Sequence record: PP355768.1
DNA length: 64,000 nucleotides
Reading direction: 5' to 3' (one strand)
Shown: positions 43,533 through 55,190 of the stretch, one piece after another
Layout: each line of letters opens with the position of its first letter
Numbering within the stretch: position 1 is the first letter of the stretch
The notes under the pieces: model-generated
The model's database searches: none
The model's input: the letters and a program-made list of their open reading frames with translations, nothing else
What the model was told of the DNA's origin: nothing
Translations under genes and position numbers: made by a program

Positions 43533-43721
43533 ATGAAGGTCTTCTTGAATTATGGAAGACCTCATAAAGGTAGACGGTGGTATTTGGAAGCAGTTTGTAG
43601 AGAGACTGGTCGTAGAGTGAATGCTAAGTTCTCTGCTCGACCTACTCGAAAACAAATCCACCAATTTATGTCATGGGCCGGAGAAGAGCTCCGGTTCTCA
43701 CTTTATTGGGCTGAAATATGA
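43533..43721 (+). CDS. Hypothetical basic protein (62 aa)
   Basis: YGRPHKGRRWYLEAVCRETG. Confidence 0.65.
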   Translation: MKVFLNYGRPHKGRRWYLEAVCRETGRRVNAKFSARPTRKQIHQFMSWAGEELRFSLYWAEI

Positions 43722-43918
43722 TTTTACTGTGGAGCGTAGTAGTGCCAATCGTTGTTGCAATAATTTACTTTGTCGTGGGTTGGTCTGTCTGTAAGCATCT
43801 AATCAAAAATGGAACCATCGAGAAAGCAGGAGAGTATTGGGCGATTATCATGTTCTTCCGCTGGGCAGGTAAACTTCCAAAACGTATAGCAGAAAATGCT
43901 ATCAATAAGCATGCATAA
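43718..43918 (+). CDS. Small membrane protein (66 aa)
   Basis: N-terminal TM segment. Confidence 0.55.
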   Translation: MILLWSVVVPIVVAIIYFVVGWSVCKHLIKNGTIEKAGEYWAIIMFFRWAGKLPKRIAENAINKHA

Positions 43919-43921
43919 CTG

Positions 43922-43947
43922 AGGAGCCTTCGGGCTCCTCTTTTTGT
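43922..43947 (+). terminator. Intrinsic terminator
   Basis: AGGAGCC-TTCG-GGCTCCT plus T tract. Confidence 0.85.
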
Positions 43948-43984
43948 TTCAAAAGAATGCATAAAGTAGTATACAAGCTCGCTG

Positions 43985-44426
43985 TGCTATACATTTGTGT
44001 CATGATTTTATACAAACTTGGTCCCATCACATATTTCCATTGAGAAGGTTTAATTAAAGCAAATGCGTCGATTTCCGGGAAAGAAATTCCATTTTCATCT
44101 TTATGGTAAGCTGTGCAACAGCAATTCTTAAACACTTCTGGGCTCACAGGGAGCATATATCCAAACAAATGGATATCCTTATTGCTGGCATAATCATGTC
44201 GTCCGAGGTCATATAAGAGGTCCTGGTCAAACTCAGTAAATCCAGTCTCTTCCTTGCATTCGCGAATAGCAGCCTCTTTTGGTGTTTCACCAGGCTCAAC
44301 ATGTCCTTTTGGAATATCCCATCTAGAGCCTCTGCCCTGGACATATGTATTTGTCATACGACCCATGAAAAGCCGTTTGTCATCGGTAAAGAATAAGATT
44401 CCTGCACTTAGCTCTTTCATTGACAT
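43985..44426 (-). CDS. nudE: NudE Nudix hydrolase; native stop probably lost at a junction
   Basis: WDIPKGHVEPGETPKEAAIRECKEETG Nudix box; QWKYVMGPSLY. Confidence 0.9.
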
Positions 44427-44653
44427 TCATTCCAACTTTCTTCGAGAATATCTTCCATGGCAGTATAGACCATAGACTCTAGTACACCATCACAATTATA
44501 TGAACCCTCTACCGAGAAATCACAGATAGGTCCATTAATACCAAGCAGTTCTTCTTTAAGTGAAATCTCGATACCGCTCAGTGATTCATTATCACTGTAA
44601 CACAGAAGGCGAGTATCACCATTTTCAAATTTTACATGCACTGCAACAGCCAT
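44417..44653 (-). CDS. Hypothetical protein (78 aa)
   Basis: Operon. Confidence 0.6.
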   Translation of the reverse strand: MAVAVHVKFENGDTRLLCYSDNESLSGIEISLKEELLGINGPICDFSVEGSYNCDGVLESMVYTAMEDILEESWNECQ

Positions 44654-44979
44654 TATTTCATCTCCTTAATCCAGGATAAAGTTTCATTACGAGAATCATC
44701 TTTAGATTTTTCTTTCTTTACTTTGGGCTTATCAAATACACCCCGCTGTCGTTGGGAAACGAATTGCAACCACCGAGCAAGCATTGCAAACCAAGTTCCA
44801 ACGCCTGACATCCAACCTAAATAATACAGCGCATTTCCAAATACTGGAGAGAACAAGTAAAATCCCCAAAATACTCCAACACCAACAAAAGTCGAGAATG
44901 AAAACCAGATAAGCAGAAATAGGAAAAAATACAAGAAATCATTATCTTTAATCATTCCACGGTAACAAGTCTTAATCAT
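44653..44979 (-). CDS. Two-TM membrane protein (e.2 position)
   Basis: FLYFFLFLLIWFSF..., hydrophobic. Confidence 0.7.
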   Translation of the reverse strand: MIKTCYRGMIKDNDFLYFFLFLLIWFSFSTFVGVGVFWGFYLFSPVFGNALYYLGWMSGVGTWFAMLARWLQFVSQRQRGVFDKPKVKKEKSKDDSRNETLSWIKEMK

Positions 44980-45272
44980 TTTCTGCAGCTCCTAATCCAG
45001 GTGTTGAAATCTTCTTTTTCTTTCCACTTCTTGTATTTCATACGGTAAGCTAAAAATGTGCAGCAATTAATCAACGCGATAATTAGCATCCACATGAGGC
45101 TGAATGCGAAAACACCTAAAAATAAAAGCATAATCATAAACTCTGAGACGTTCAATCCAAAGAATGTCCCTCCAACAATTACAAAAGCACAATATAAAAT
45201 CCATGTCACGATTCCAAAAGCTGGCGCCAGCCCATCTTGGTTCCAAAACCCGTCAGGTTTACATTCATTCAT
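44976..45272 (-). CDS. Two-TM membrane protein (e.3 position)
   Basis: Hydrophobic core with basic C-terminus. Confidence 0.7.
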   Translation of the reverse strand: MNECKPDGFWNQDGLAPAFGIVTWILYCAFVIVGGTFFGLNVSEFMIMLLFLGVFAFSLMWMLIIALINCCTFLAYRMKYKKWKEKEDFNTWIRSCRK

Positions 45273-45631
45273 TTTCTTCTCACCTCTTTAATAAACTCAA
45301 ACGACTTTTTGCGGTTCCATTCAAGAGTTAAATTCTTGCACTGTTCTTTCCATTCAGCCTTTCGTTCACAGTTATGCTTAACATACTTTACCCAACGAAA
45401 TAGCTCAATTAATCCTAGACCAAGTAAACCTATTAATCCCCATGTAAGTAATAGTACATTCACTAATGATGTACTGCTAATTTCAGCCAAATTCATTACG
45501 TCGATTATGATAAGCGTTATCATAGTTCCAGCAGCACAGACCATCCCCGGAATTAGAACATAATCAGTTTGGTCAAATTTATAGACATAATTATAAACGG
45601 GAGGTTCACTTGGCAGATATAAGTTACTCAT
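45269..45631 (-). CDS. Two-TM membrane protein (e.4 position)
   Basis: Two hydrophobic stretches. Confidence 0.7.
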   Translation of the reverse strand: MSNLYLPSEPPVYNYVYKFDQTDYVLIPGMVCAAGTMITLIIIDVMNLAEISSTSLVNVLLLTWGLIGLLGLGLIELFRWVKYVKHNCERKAEWKEQCKNLTLEWNRKKSFEFIKEVRRK

Positions 45632-46230
45632 TTCTGCACCCTCTCACGGCAGTATTTGATAAATTCATCAATGATTAATTGTTTGCCTACCATGTTGTTA
45701 GAGTCAAACATACCCATGACTTTTTGTGGCAATTCATTGACGCAGTAATTCAAATAATTGATATAATCATCCTGAGATGTCACGTATTTAACCATGTTAA
45801 TACCGAGACGATAACTAGTTTTATTATAGATAATCTCGATAACTACTGTATACGTTGTGGAGCTAGAGGTAAAATATCCATCGGCATTAGCACGAGCTGA
45901 TGTTAGATTTGACGGAGAATCATTGAAAGAATAAATTCCGTACCGAAGTGCAAAGATATCTACAAGCTTAACTCCATCGGAAATAGACGAAATATTAGAA
46001 ATTAAGTTTTTCAGCTTGTAATAGTCTTTAAGAACGATAGCCCGCGGCAAAACTGTGGTGTTATACCCGTTATAGCGAGTTTTCCAATTTTCAGGCCGAG
46101 TATCAGGATAAGCAAATTTTTCGAGAACATCAGTGATTTCTGTTGGGAATCCTGCTGCAATTAATTCTTTAATTTGAGGTGTTGCCATTGGAATATCTCC
46201 AGCGCATTCATATAACATTTTATTATCCAA
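45628..46230 (-). CDS. E.5-like hypothetical protein (200 aa)
   Basis: Size and position after e.6. Confidence 0.65.
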   Translation of the reverse strand: MDNKMLYECAGDIPMATPQIKELIAAGFPTEITDVLEKFAYPDTRPENWKTRYNGYNTTVLPRAIVLKDYYKLKNLISNISSISDGVKLVDIFALRYGIYSFNDSPSNLTSARANADGYFTSSSTTYTVVIEIIYNKTSYRLGINMVKYVTSQDDYINYLNYCVNELPQKVMGMFDSNNMVGKQLIIDEFIKYCRERVQK

Positions 46231-46234
46231 GTTA

Positions 46235-46250
46235 GGGGCCCGAAGGCCCC
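46235..46250 (-). terminator. UUCG hairpin/terminator after e.6
   Basis: GGGGCC-TTCG-GGCCCC on minus strand. Confidence 0.7.
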
Positions 46251-46257
46251 GGTAAAA

Positions 46258-46851
46258 TTACTTCAGACTTTCCAGATATTCCTGGACATCAGCAGTGGTG
46301 GTTTCAATACCAGGCTGAGTACCGCTGAAGGTTTCAACTTTCATCATGATGTCTTGTACATCTACTTTAGCGAGTTCTGCGATTTCAATCACGTCATCAG
46401 CAGAGGTAATACCCAGAGCAGAAGCATTACGGGTCTCACGGATGTATTCGAGTTTCACTGCCAAATCAAGACGTTGGTCATCAAGCTTAACTACGGTTTC
46501 TTCAATTTGGGCCCGCATTTCTTTATATTCGGCAGCTTTATCGCGTAAAGCTTTAGCAGTACGACGATACAGAAGACCCAGTTTAGCGTGGGTTTCTACA
46601 TTCATACCTTCTGCCATCAAGCGACGAATTTCACGCTCTTTGGAAGCACCTGCCTGGTCTTTTTCGTCAGCAAGTTTCAGCAGACGCTTTTCTTCATTTA
46701 CTGATTTAACATGCGTGGTACGCAGTTTAGTGATTTCATCAATAATACGATTTGCTGCAGTGGTGTACTGGTCTTCAACAGAAGTGTTCTGTGCAACAAA
46801 GGTACCGAATTTAGAACGGATGAATTCAACAAGTTTTTTCAGAATAGACAT
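46258..46851 (-). CDS. e.6: E.6 coiled-coil protein, PspA/IM30-like architecture
   Basis: 197 aa; [12 protein letters not shown] and [12 protein letters not shown] match T4 e.6. Confidence 0.85.
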   Translation of the reverse strand: MSILKKLVEFIRSKFGTFVAQNTSVEDQYTTAANRIIDEITKLRTTHVKSVNEEKRLLKLADEKDQAGASKEREIRRLMAEGMNVETHAKLGLLYRRTAKALRDKAAEYKEMRAQIEETVVKLDDQRLDLAVKLEYIRETRNASALGITSADDVIEIAELAKVDVQDIMMKVETFSGTQPGIETTTADVQEYLESLK

Positions 46852-46880
46852 TTTATTTCCTTTCAATAGTTATGGTGGTT

Positions 46881-47108
46881 TTATTCGTACGGATTAATCC
46901 AATCATAAACATATGGTTTAATGATTAGACCCTGTTCATTTTTGCTGCGCTCGAATATCTCGATGTAATCAGTAACGTATGATTCTAATCCGAGAATAAG
47001 TACAGACTCTTTGCCTTCTTCTACTGTTGCTTTAATTAAACGCTCGATGGCTATTTTAGCTTCAAGACGAATATCAGCAAGGGTTTTTGGAACTTCATTT
47101 GTATGCAT
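46881..47108 (-). CDS. Hypothetical protein (75 aa)
   Basis: GGAGG SD before MHTNEVPK. Confidence 0.6.
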   Translation of the reverse strand: MHTNEVPKTLADIRLEAKIAIERLIKATVEEGKESVLILGLESYVTDYIEIFERSKNEQGLIIKPYVYDWINPYE

Positions 47109-47328
47109 TAATGAGTTCCTCCATTTTGTCCAAAACTGCGATATCAACAAGACGATTAACCGCCGGGTCATCGGCAAACTCATTGTAAGTTGAAATCACC
47201 AGGTTCTCAATAGTTTTCAGAGCAGCCATTCGTTCTTCACCGGATGGAAAATTTGGAGTTTCACCAAACAGCCTGGCAAAAGATTTAAAATAAGTTTGCG
47301 CTACTAATCTCAACTTATCCTGATACAT
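47095..47328 (-). CDS. Hypothetical protein (77 aa)
   Basis: GAGG SD; promoter upstream. Confidence 0.6.
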   Translation of the reverse strand: MYQDKLRLVAQTYFKSFARLFGETPNFPSGEERMAALKTIENLVISTYNEFADDPAVNRLVDIAVLDKMEELINAYK

Positions 47329-47376
47329 ATCAATTTCCTCAGTAGGTGGGGAGTTCATTATAACTCCCCAAAATTA

Positions 47377-47666
47377 TTAGCAGTTAATTACCGCTTCAAT
47401 TCGTTTAACCAAAGCAGGAACAGTTTTAGCAAACTTGATAGCCATTTGAACCGTAGCAGCTTCTTCATGGTAAACTCGAACGTAGTACTCTTCAACAGCA
47501 GGCCAATCTTTGCGAACATGTTTAATCAAATCTTTCAGTTCACGAGTTTCTGCTACGTTGAACACTGCATTCTCATGTTCACCTTTAATCCAAACCGCAC
47601 GATAACGATCAGGAGTACCATATTGATTATAACCACGTTCAATCTGGATAAAGTTGAATTTAGTAA
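47377..47666 (-). pseudogene. Hypothetical gene, 5' end lost
   Basis: Frame open from [12 protein letters not shown] to IEAVINC. Confidence 0.55.
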
Positions 47667-49508
<1,842 letters not shown>

Positions 49509-49538
49509 ATAAAAAGCAAACAACATTGAGGATATATC

Positions 49539-50965
49539 ATGCCTTTAGTCTCTCCTGGAATTGAGCTCAAAGAAACGAGCGTACAGAGCACGGTAGTACT
49601 TAACGCTACAGGTCGTGCCGCAATTGTCGGGAAGTTCCAATGGGGTCCTGCATATCAAGTTACCCAAATCACTAACGAAGTTGAACTGGTTGATATGTTT
49701 GGTGGTCCTAATAACCAAACTGCTGATTACTTTATGTCAGCAATGAACTTTCTGCAATATGGTAATGATCTACGCACCGTCCGTGTAGTTAACCGTGAAG
49801 CTGCTAAAAACGCATCTCCGCTGGTTGATAATATTGAATGGGAAATCACAACTGCTGGTAGTAACTATGAAGTTGGTGATAAAATTACGGTTAAATATGC
49901 AGACCAAACCGTAGATGACACTGGTTCAGTTACTGAAGTAGATAGTGACGGAAAAATTATGTCGGTGTTCATTCCGACATCGAAGATTATTGCATATGCA
50001 AAAAGCATTAATCAATATCCTGATTTAGGGTCTTCGTGGACAACTACTATTACTTCACAGAGTTCTGGTGTTTCCGCTGTTATTACTCTGGGCAAAATTA
50101 TTTCTGATTCAACAGTTCTGTTAACTGAACCTGAAACTGCCCATGAAGAAATGACCAAAACCGAATTCCAGACTGCGCTTGCGCAATATAAAATGCCTGG
50201 AATTGTAGCTGCGTATCCTGGCGAGCTCGGAAACCAACTGGAAATTGAAATTGTATCAAAAGCCGCTTTTGATAAAGGCGAACAACTGACGATTTATCCG
50301 AGTGGTGGACAGCGTGCATCAACCGCAAAAGCCGTATTTGGATATGGTCCTCAGACCGATACTCAGTACGCTATCATTGTTCGTAGAGATGGTGCTGTAG
50401 TTGAATCAACGGTGTTATCAACAAGCCGCCAAGATAAAGATATCTACGGAAACAACATCTTTATGGACGATTATTTCTCCAAGGGTTCTTCACGCTATAT
50501 ATTTGCCACTGCGCAAGGATGGCCTGAAGGCTTTGCTGGCGTTATTCGTCTGGGTGGTGGGGTTTCAGCTAATGAATCAGTTACGGCTGGCGATTTAATT
50601 CAAGGCTGGGATTTATTTGGTGACCGTGAAGCATTGCGTGTAAACCTTCTGATTGCTGGTGCTTGTGCCGGTGAAACAGATGAAATCGCAAGTACAGTAC
50701 AAAAACACGTTTCGTCTATTGCGGATGAGCGTCAAGACTGTTTAGCACTCATTTCGCCTCCAAGGTCAACGATTGTAAATATTCCTCTGACTCGTGCTGT
50801 TGATAATTTAATCGACTGGCGTCAAGGTGAAGGAAGCTACGACTCTGCAAACATGAACATCAATACTACGTACGCAGCAATTGATGGCAACTATAAATAT
50901 CAGTATGATAAATATAACGACGTAAACCGTTGGGTTCCGTTAGCTGCTGATATTGCAGGCCTGTG
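49539..50965 (+). pseudogene. 18: Tail sheath gp18, C-terminal part lost
   Basis: SPGIELKETS, YQYDKYNDVNRWVPLAADIAGLC, then unrelated sequence. Confidence 0.93.
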
Positions 50966-51143
50966 TATTTTAGCGTCAGTTCCGAATCGTCCATCAGATG
51001 CTGAAATCCGTGTACAATCAATACGGTTAATTGTTAACTCACTTCGTCGGTTAGAAGAATGCTCAATGTTAGATAAGTTAAAATTGAAAAAAGGTCTTCC
51101 ATTGACTGCGTCCTTCTTCCAACTTTTGAGAGGTAAAATGTAA
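50966..51143 (+). pseudogene. C-terminal remnant of the gene upstream of dda.1 (srd position in T4)
   Basis: Stop overlaps dda.1 start; T4 synteny only. Confidence 0.4.
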
Positions 51144-51457
51144 TGCAACACTATGGATATGTAGTAGCGTATAAGGATAAAGACGGATTTGACCATCCAG
51201 TCACAACTGATATGTATGATGGAGAACGATGTGTAGTCTTCACTAATGAAGAATCAGCCAATAAAGCACGGATTCGTACAATGTCGGTTTTAACAGACAA
51301 ATTAGCAAAAGGTAATTTTACTGGGAAAAGCAAAACCAAAGGAATGCTTTGGTGGAAAACAACTGAGCTGGTATATGAACCACTTAGCGATGTTGAGCGC
51401 GAAAAACTCAAAGCAAAAATTAAAAATCTACATGTAGTGAGGGTAAAAGTGGCATGA
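51143..51457 (+). CDS. dda.1: Dda.1 conserved protein
   Basis: 104 aa directly before dda; KGMLWWKT. Confidence 0.65.
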   Translation: MQHYGYVVAYKDKDGFDHPVTTDMYDGERCVVFTNEESANKARIRTMSVLTDKLAKGNFTGKSKTKGMLWWKTTELVYEPLSDVEREKLKAKIKNLHVVRVKVA

Positions 51458-52714
51458 TTACGTTTGACCAATTAAAAGAAAGTCAAAAAGCGATTTTTAA
51501 TAAAGTCATTGAAATGGTCAAACAAGGAGCTAAAGGTCAACATATTACGATTAATGGACCTGCCGGTACAGGTAAAACAACTTTAACCAAATTTATCATT
51601 GACGCTTTGATTTCTCAGGGTATCTCTGGCATTGCGTTGGCAGCACCTACGCATGGGGCCAAAAAAGTTTTATCTAAGCTCAGCGGAATGCAAGCCAGTA
51701 CTATTCATAGTCTTCTGAAAATTAACCCGACGACATATGAAGAAAACGTTCTGTTTGAACAAAAGAAAGTTCCGGATATGGCATCTATTCGAGTTCTTAT
51801 CTGTGATGAAGCTTCAATGTATGACCGTAAGCTGTTTAAGATTTTGATGGCAACTATTCCTGCCTGGTGTATTGTCATTGCCATTGGTGATAAGGCTCAG
51901 ATACGTCCGGTAGAACCTGGAAGTAATGAACCTGCACTGAGTCCATTCTTCACTCATAAAGATTTCTTACAACTTCATTTGACCGAGGTGATGCGGAGTA
52001 ATGCCCCAATCATTGAAGTCGCTACTGAAATCAGAAATGGTGGGTGGATTCGTGACTGTGTAGTTGATGGTCATGGCGTCCGTGGTTTTACAAAAGGAAC
52101 TGCCCTTAAAGATTTTATGCTAAATTATTTTAATTTAGTTAAAACACCAGAAGATTTATTTGAAAACAGAATGCTTGCATTCACGAATAAATCTGTGGAT
52201 AAATTGAATGAAATAATCAGACGCAGAATCTATGAAACTGAACGACCATTCGTAGTAGGTGAGATTGTTGTTATGCAAGAACCTCTTACCAAGGAACTTA
52301 AATTTGAAGGGAAGAAATTCAGCGAAATTCTTTTCAATAATGGTCAGTTTGTTCGCATATTAATTAGATATTGAAACCTATGGCGACGATGAAGAGTACG
52401 CTAGAGAGAAAATCTGTGTCATCTCATCCGAAGAAGAAATGAATAAGTTTCAATTCTTCTTGGCAAAAACTGCAGATACATATAAGAATTGGAATAAAGG
52501 AGGTAAAGCTCCTTGGTCTGAGTTCTGGGATGCTAAGCGTAAATTCCATAAAGTGAAAGCATTACCGGCTTCGACTTTCCATAAGGCCCAGGGCATCTCA
52601 ATTGACAGAAGCTTCATTTATACTCCATGCATTCACATGGCAGATGCTTCTCTCGCACAGCAGTTATTATATGTTGGTACTACCCGAGGTCGATATGATG
52701 TATTTTATGTGTGA
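51454..52714 (+). pseudogene. dda: Dda SF1B helicase, frameshifting deletion near 52365
   Basis: GPAGTGKTT, CDEASM, GDKAQIRPV; STFHKAQG and YVGTTR in another frame. Confidence 0.92.
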
Positions 52715-52720
52715 GGTAAT

Positions 52721-52975
52721 ATGTTTGAATTGAAATTAGAAGACCTTCAAACAATGATTGTTGGCTTACAAGAATCTAAGTTTGAAGCACCGGATAATGT
52801 TAAGCGTGCTATTAACATTAAAATTGATACAGTTCTGAATGAGCTTCGTGATATAGCAGATAATGCTAATGCTATTACTTGGTTCACAGGATATGACCCA
52901 AAGGTGTATCTGAGCGAATATATTGGTTGCCAGTTACGCGAAATTAAATTTATGCTAGAGGCTCAAAATGGCTAA
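52721..52975 (+). CDS. DexA.1/DexA.2-like protein
   Basis: Position between dda and dexA. Confidence 0.65.
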   Translation: MFELKLEDLQTMIVGLQESKFEAPDNVKRAINIKIDTVLNELRDIADNANAITWFTGYDPKVYLSEYIGCQLREIKFMLEAQNG

Positions 52976-53657
52976 AGACTTTATTATTGATTTTGAAACA
53001 TTCGGAAATGTGTCAAGCTCTTCTGTGATTGACCTTGCACTAATCACCTTTGATTCTGACCCTGAAGTTCTGGAAAGCTTCGATGAATTGGTCAAGCGTG
53101 GTCATCGTATTAAGTTTGACTTGAAATCTCAGAAAGGTCATCGGTTGTTTGGTAAGTCTACTCTTGAGTGGTGGAAGAAACAATCAGCTGAAGCTCGGGC
53201 TAACCTGGCCTCAACTCCAGACGATTTATCAGTAATTGCTGGAATTAAAGAAGCTCAGCAATATCTGATTGATAATGGAATTCACCCATGGGATTCCTTT
53301 GGCTGGTGTCGTGGACAGAGCTTTGACTTTCCGATTTTTGTTGATTGTCTTCGTGATGTTCAACGAGCCCAAGGGATTTCTGAAGAAGAAATTGATACAT
53401 TTAAAGAAGAACCATGCAAGTTCTGGAATCAGCGTGACATTCGTACTGCAATTGAATCGCTGCTTCTGGCTCGTGGTCTGACAACTACTCCTCTTCCAAA
53501 GGGTACGCTCGACGGGTTTATCGCGCATGATAGTATCCATGACTGTGCTAAAGATATTCTAATGCTTAAATACGCTCAACGCTATGCTCTAGGTCTAAAC
53601 GAAGCACCAAGCCCAGAAGATACCGATCCGCTGAGTTTACCTAAGGGGCGTGGCTAA
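52968..53657 (+). CDS. dexA: DexA 3'-5' exonuclease
   Basis: FIIDFETFG, RGQSFDFPI, HDSIHDCAKDILM. Confidence 0.95.
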   Translation: MAKDFIIDFETFGNVSSSSVIDLALITFDSDPEVLESFDELVKRGHRIKFDLKSQKGHRLFGKSTLEWWKKQSAEARANLASTPDDLSVIAGIKEAQQYLIDNGIHPWDSFGWCRGQSFDFPIFVDCLRDVQRAQGISEEEIDTFKEEPCKFWNQRDIRTAIESLLLARGLTTTPLPKGTLDGFIAHDSIHDCAKDILMLKYAQRYALGLNEAPSPEDTDPLSLPKGRG

Positions 53658-53824
53658 TGGAAGAGTTTGAGTTCGATGAAAACTTTGAAGAGTGGTTCAA
53701 CCGGGAAATCCTCCCGGAAATCTCTCCAACGATGGTTCTGGTGGCCAAGGCTATGATGGCTAAAGGGTGGGAAGCTGGGTATCTGTTCGGCGTAGATGTT
53801 GGGTGTGAAATTTCTCATCGATAG
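53657..53824 (+). CDS. 55-aa acidic hypothetical protein
   Basis: MEEFEFDENFEEWF...; stop-start overlap with dexA. Confidence 0.6.
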   Translation: MEEFEFDENFEEWFNREILPEISPTMVLVAKAMMAKGWEAGYLFGVDVGCEISHR

Positions 53825-53826
53825 CT

Positions 53827-53862
53827 ATTTACTTTATGAAAGAGCCGTTATATAATGGCTCT
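53827..53862 (+). promoter_or_regulatory. Early promoter with -10 inside an inverted repeat
   Basis: ATTTAC...TATAAT; AGAGCC/GGCTCT arms. Confidence 0.65.
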
Positions 53863-53904
53863 ACATTAACAAACTGAGAGAAACACGATGAAAAATTTGA
53901 TAAA

Positions 53905-54028
53905 AGGTTTCAGCATCCGTAATAGTATCTTCTTTAAGAACTTTTGAAACGATTACTCGTGCGTCATCACCATCTTCGATGTAAATGGTGCCTTTAAGTT
54001 CACCTTCAAGAATTTGATATGCTTTCAT
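53905..54028 (-). pseudogene. vs.6: Vs.6 glycyl-radical cofactor (GrcA-like), N-terminal fragment
   Basis: [20 protein letters not shown]. Confidence 0.75.
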
Positions 54029-54036
54029 ATTTCCTC

Positions 54037-54528
54037 TTAATTAGATTCTTTATTCCAACCACGCATGTACGCGGTAATTACGTCCATAGTATTCCACTCA
54101 GTAGAATGGAACTTGGATGCAGCCTGTAAGTACGAGATTTTACCTTCTGGCATCAATTTTACCCGTGCTAAACGTTCAGAAATAGCAGCGTCTTTCCATG
54201 TAGCAAAACCCGTTGGTCCTTTTAATTCTTCTTTAAGACGAATAACTTCTGCTTCTAATTCAGATTCTCGCCATAAACGTTCTCTGGAATCATTAGCATA
54301 AAGTATTTCTTCATCAGTTTCTTTATCGTATTCCACAATTTCAATAGGCTCGTTAACTCCATATCCGCGAGTGCCTATATACGTTGTAGCTTCTTCCCAC
54401 TGTTTTGTGGTTTCATTCCAAGTTCCATTCTGATGGGCTTCATAGAAATCTTGCTCTCCAGAATTACTGAACCAATCGCAGAAGCTTTCAACTAAATGTG
54501 GAGGACATCTTATAACAATTTCAGCCAT
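54037..54528 (-). CDS. Hypothetical protein (163 aa)
   Basis: [13 protein letters not shown]; [14 protein letters not shown]. Confidence 0.65.
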   Translation of the reverse strand: MAEIVIRCPPHLVESFCDWFSNSGEQDFYEAHQNGTWNETTKQWEEATTYIGTRGYGVNEPIEIVEYDKETDEEILYANDSRERLWRESELEAEVIRLKEELKGPTGFATWKDAAISERLARVKLMPEGKISYLQAASKFHSTEWNTMDVITAYMRGWNKESN

Positions 54529-54821
54529 TGCATTGTTTTCTCTTGAATGCGTTGGTCATATGTGATTAAGCTTGAACTAATCACGCCTTTGAGCTTGCCA
54601 GATATAAACTCAATTCTAAAATTAGGATAGCGATTCATCCACTTCGTGTTAGGAGCATTAGAAATGAATTCTGCACCTTTAAACGGACCAGACAGAAACT
54701 TGTAGCGCTTGTACTCAAGCAGGTTTCCAGCCGTAACCATTGTTATTAATTGCTTCATATCGGAAAATCCTGTATTTTCCATTACTGTAATCATATCAAC
54801 AATTTCTGTCTGTGTCATCAT
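54510..54821 (-). CDS. vs.7: Vs.7-like protein
   Basis: GPFKG...APN..WMN.YP.F.IEFI.G. Confidence 0.6.
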   Translation of the reverse strand: MMTQTEIVDMITVMENTGFSDMKQLITMVTAGNLLEYKRYKFLSGPFKGAEFISNAPNTKWMNRYPNFRIEFISGKLKGVISSSLITYDQRIQEKTMQWLKLL

Positions 54822-55190
54822 TGCATTCCTATCACGAAAAATAAAGGTAAGGTATCATTAGGCATAGACCATCTGATAGCTTCCTGGTACATATCATAGA
54901 ACTTCATCATATCGGGAACTTTCATTGGTTCTTCAATGATAATTAATGCTCTTCCAAACTTTCTTCCTCTAAACTTATAAGAGGAATCATTGGATAGAAA
55001 TTCCCTGATTGTCATCGGAACAATTGATTTAGCTATCTCGTTAGCCGGTAATTTATTAATTAAATGCGATGAATTATATTCTCGTAGAATACCTTCCATC
55101 AGTTCAGATGATTGTGTGTATCGAGTAGATAAGATTATAACCGAACCATCTTCAAGCAACCAAATCTTCAATTGGCAGAAGAGGTGCTTA
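54818..55190 (-). pseudogene. vs.8: Vs.8-like protein, C-terminal fragment
   Basis: DGSVIILS, KFRG, IIEEP, FFVIGMQ terminus. Confidence 0.6.

Noticed and set aside
43902-44426. Nudix protein with C-terminal extension
   Set aside because: Extension reads backwards through an opposite-strand terminator after an inversion junction
46346-46897. 183-aa plus-strand Ser-rich ORF
   Set aside because: Antisense shadow of e.6 codon bias
46860-47666. tRNA or ncRNA cluster, expected beyond the e.x genes in T4
   Set aside because: No cloverleaf, T-loop (GTTCGA) context or CCA-ended stem recognised; the segment ends at a junction
49539-51143. 534-aa tail sheath with a novel C-terminus
   Set aside because: gp18 is cut after DIAGLC and joined in frame to the tail of the gene upstream of dda.1
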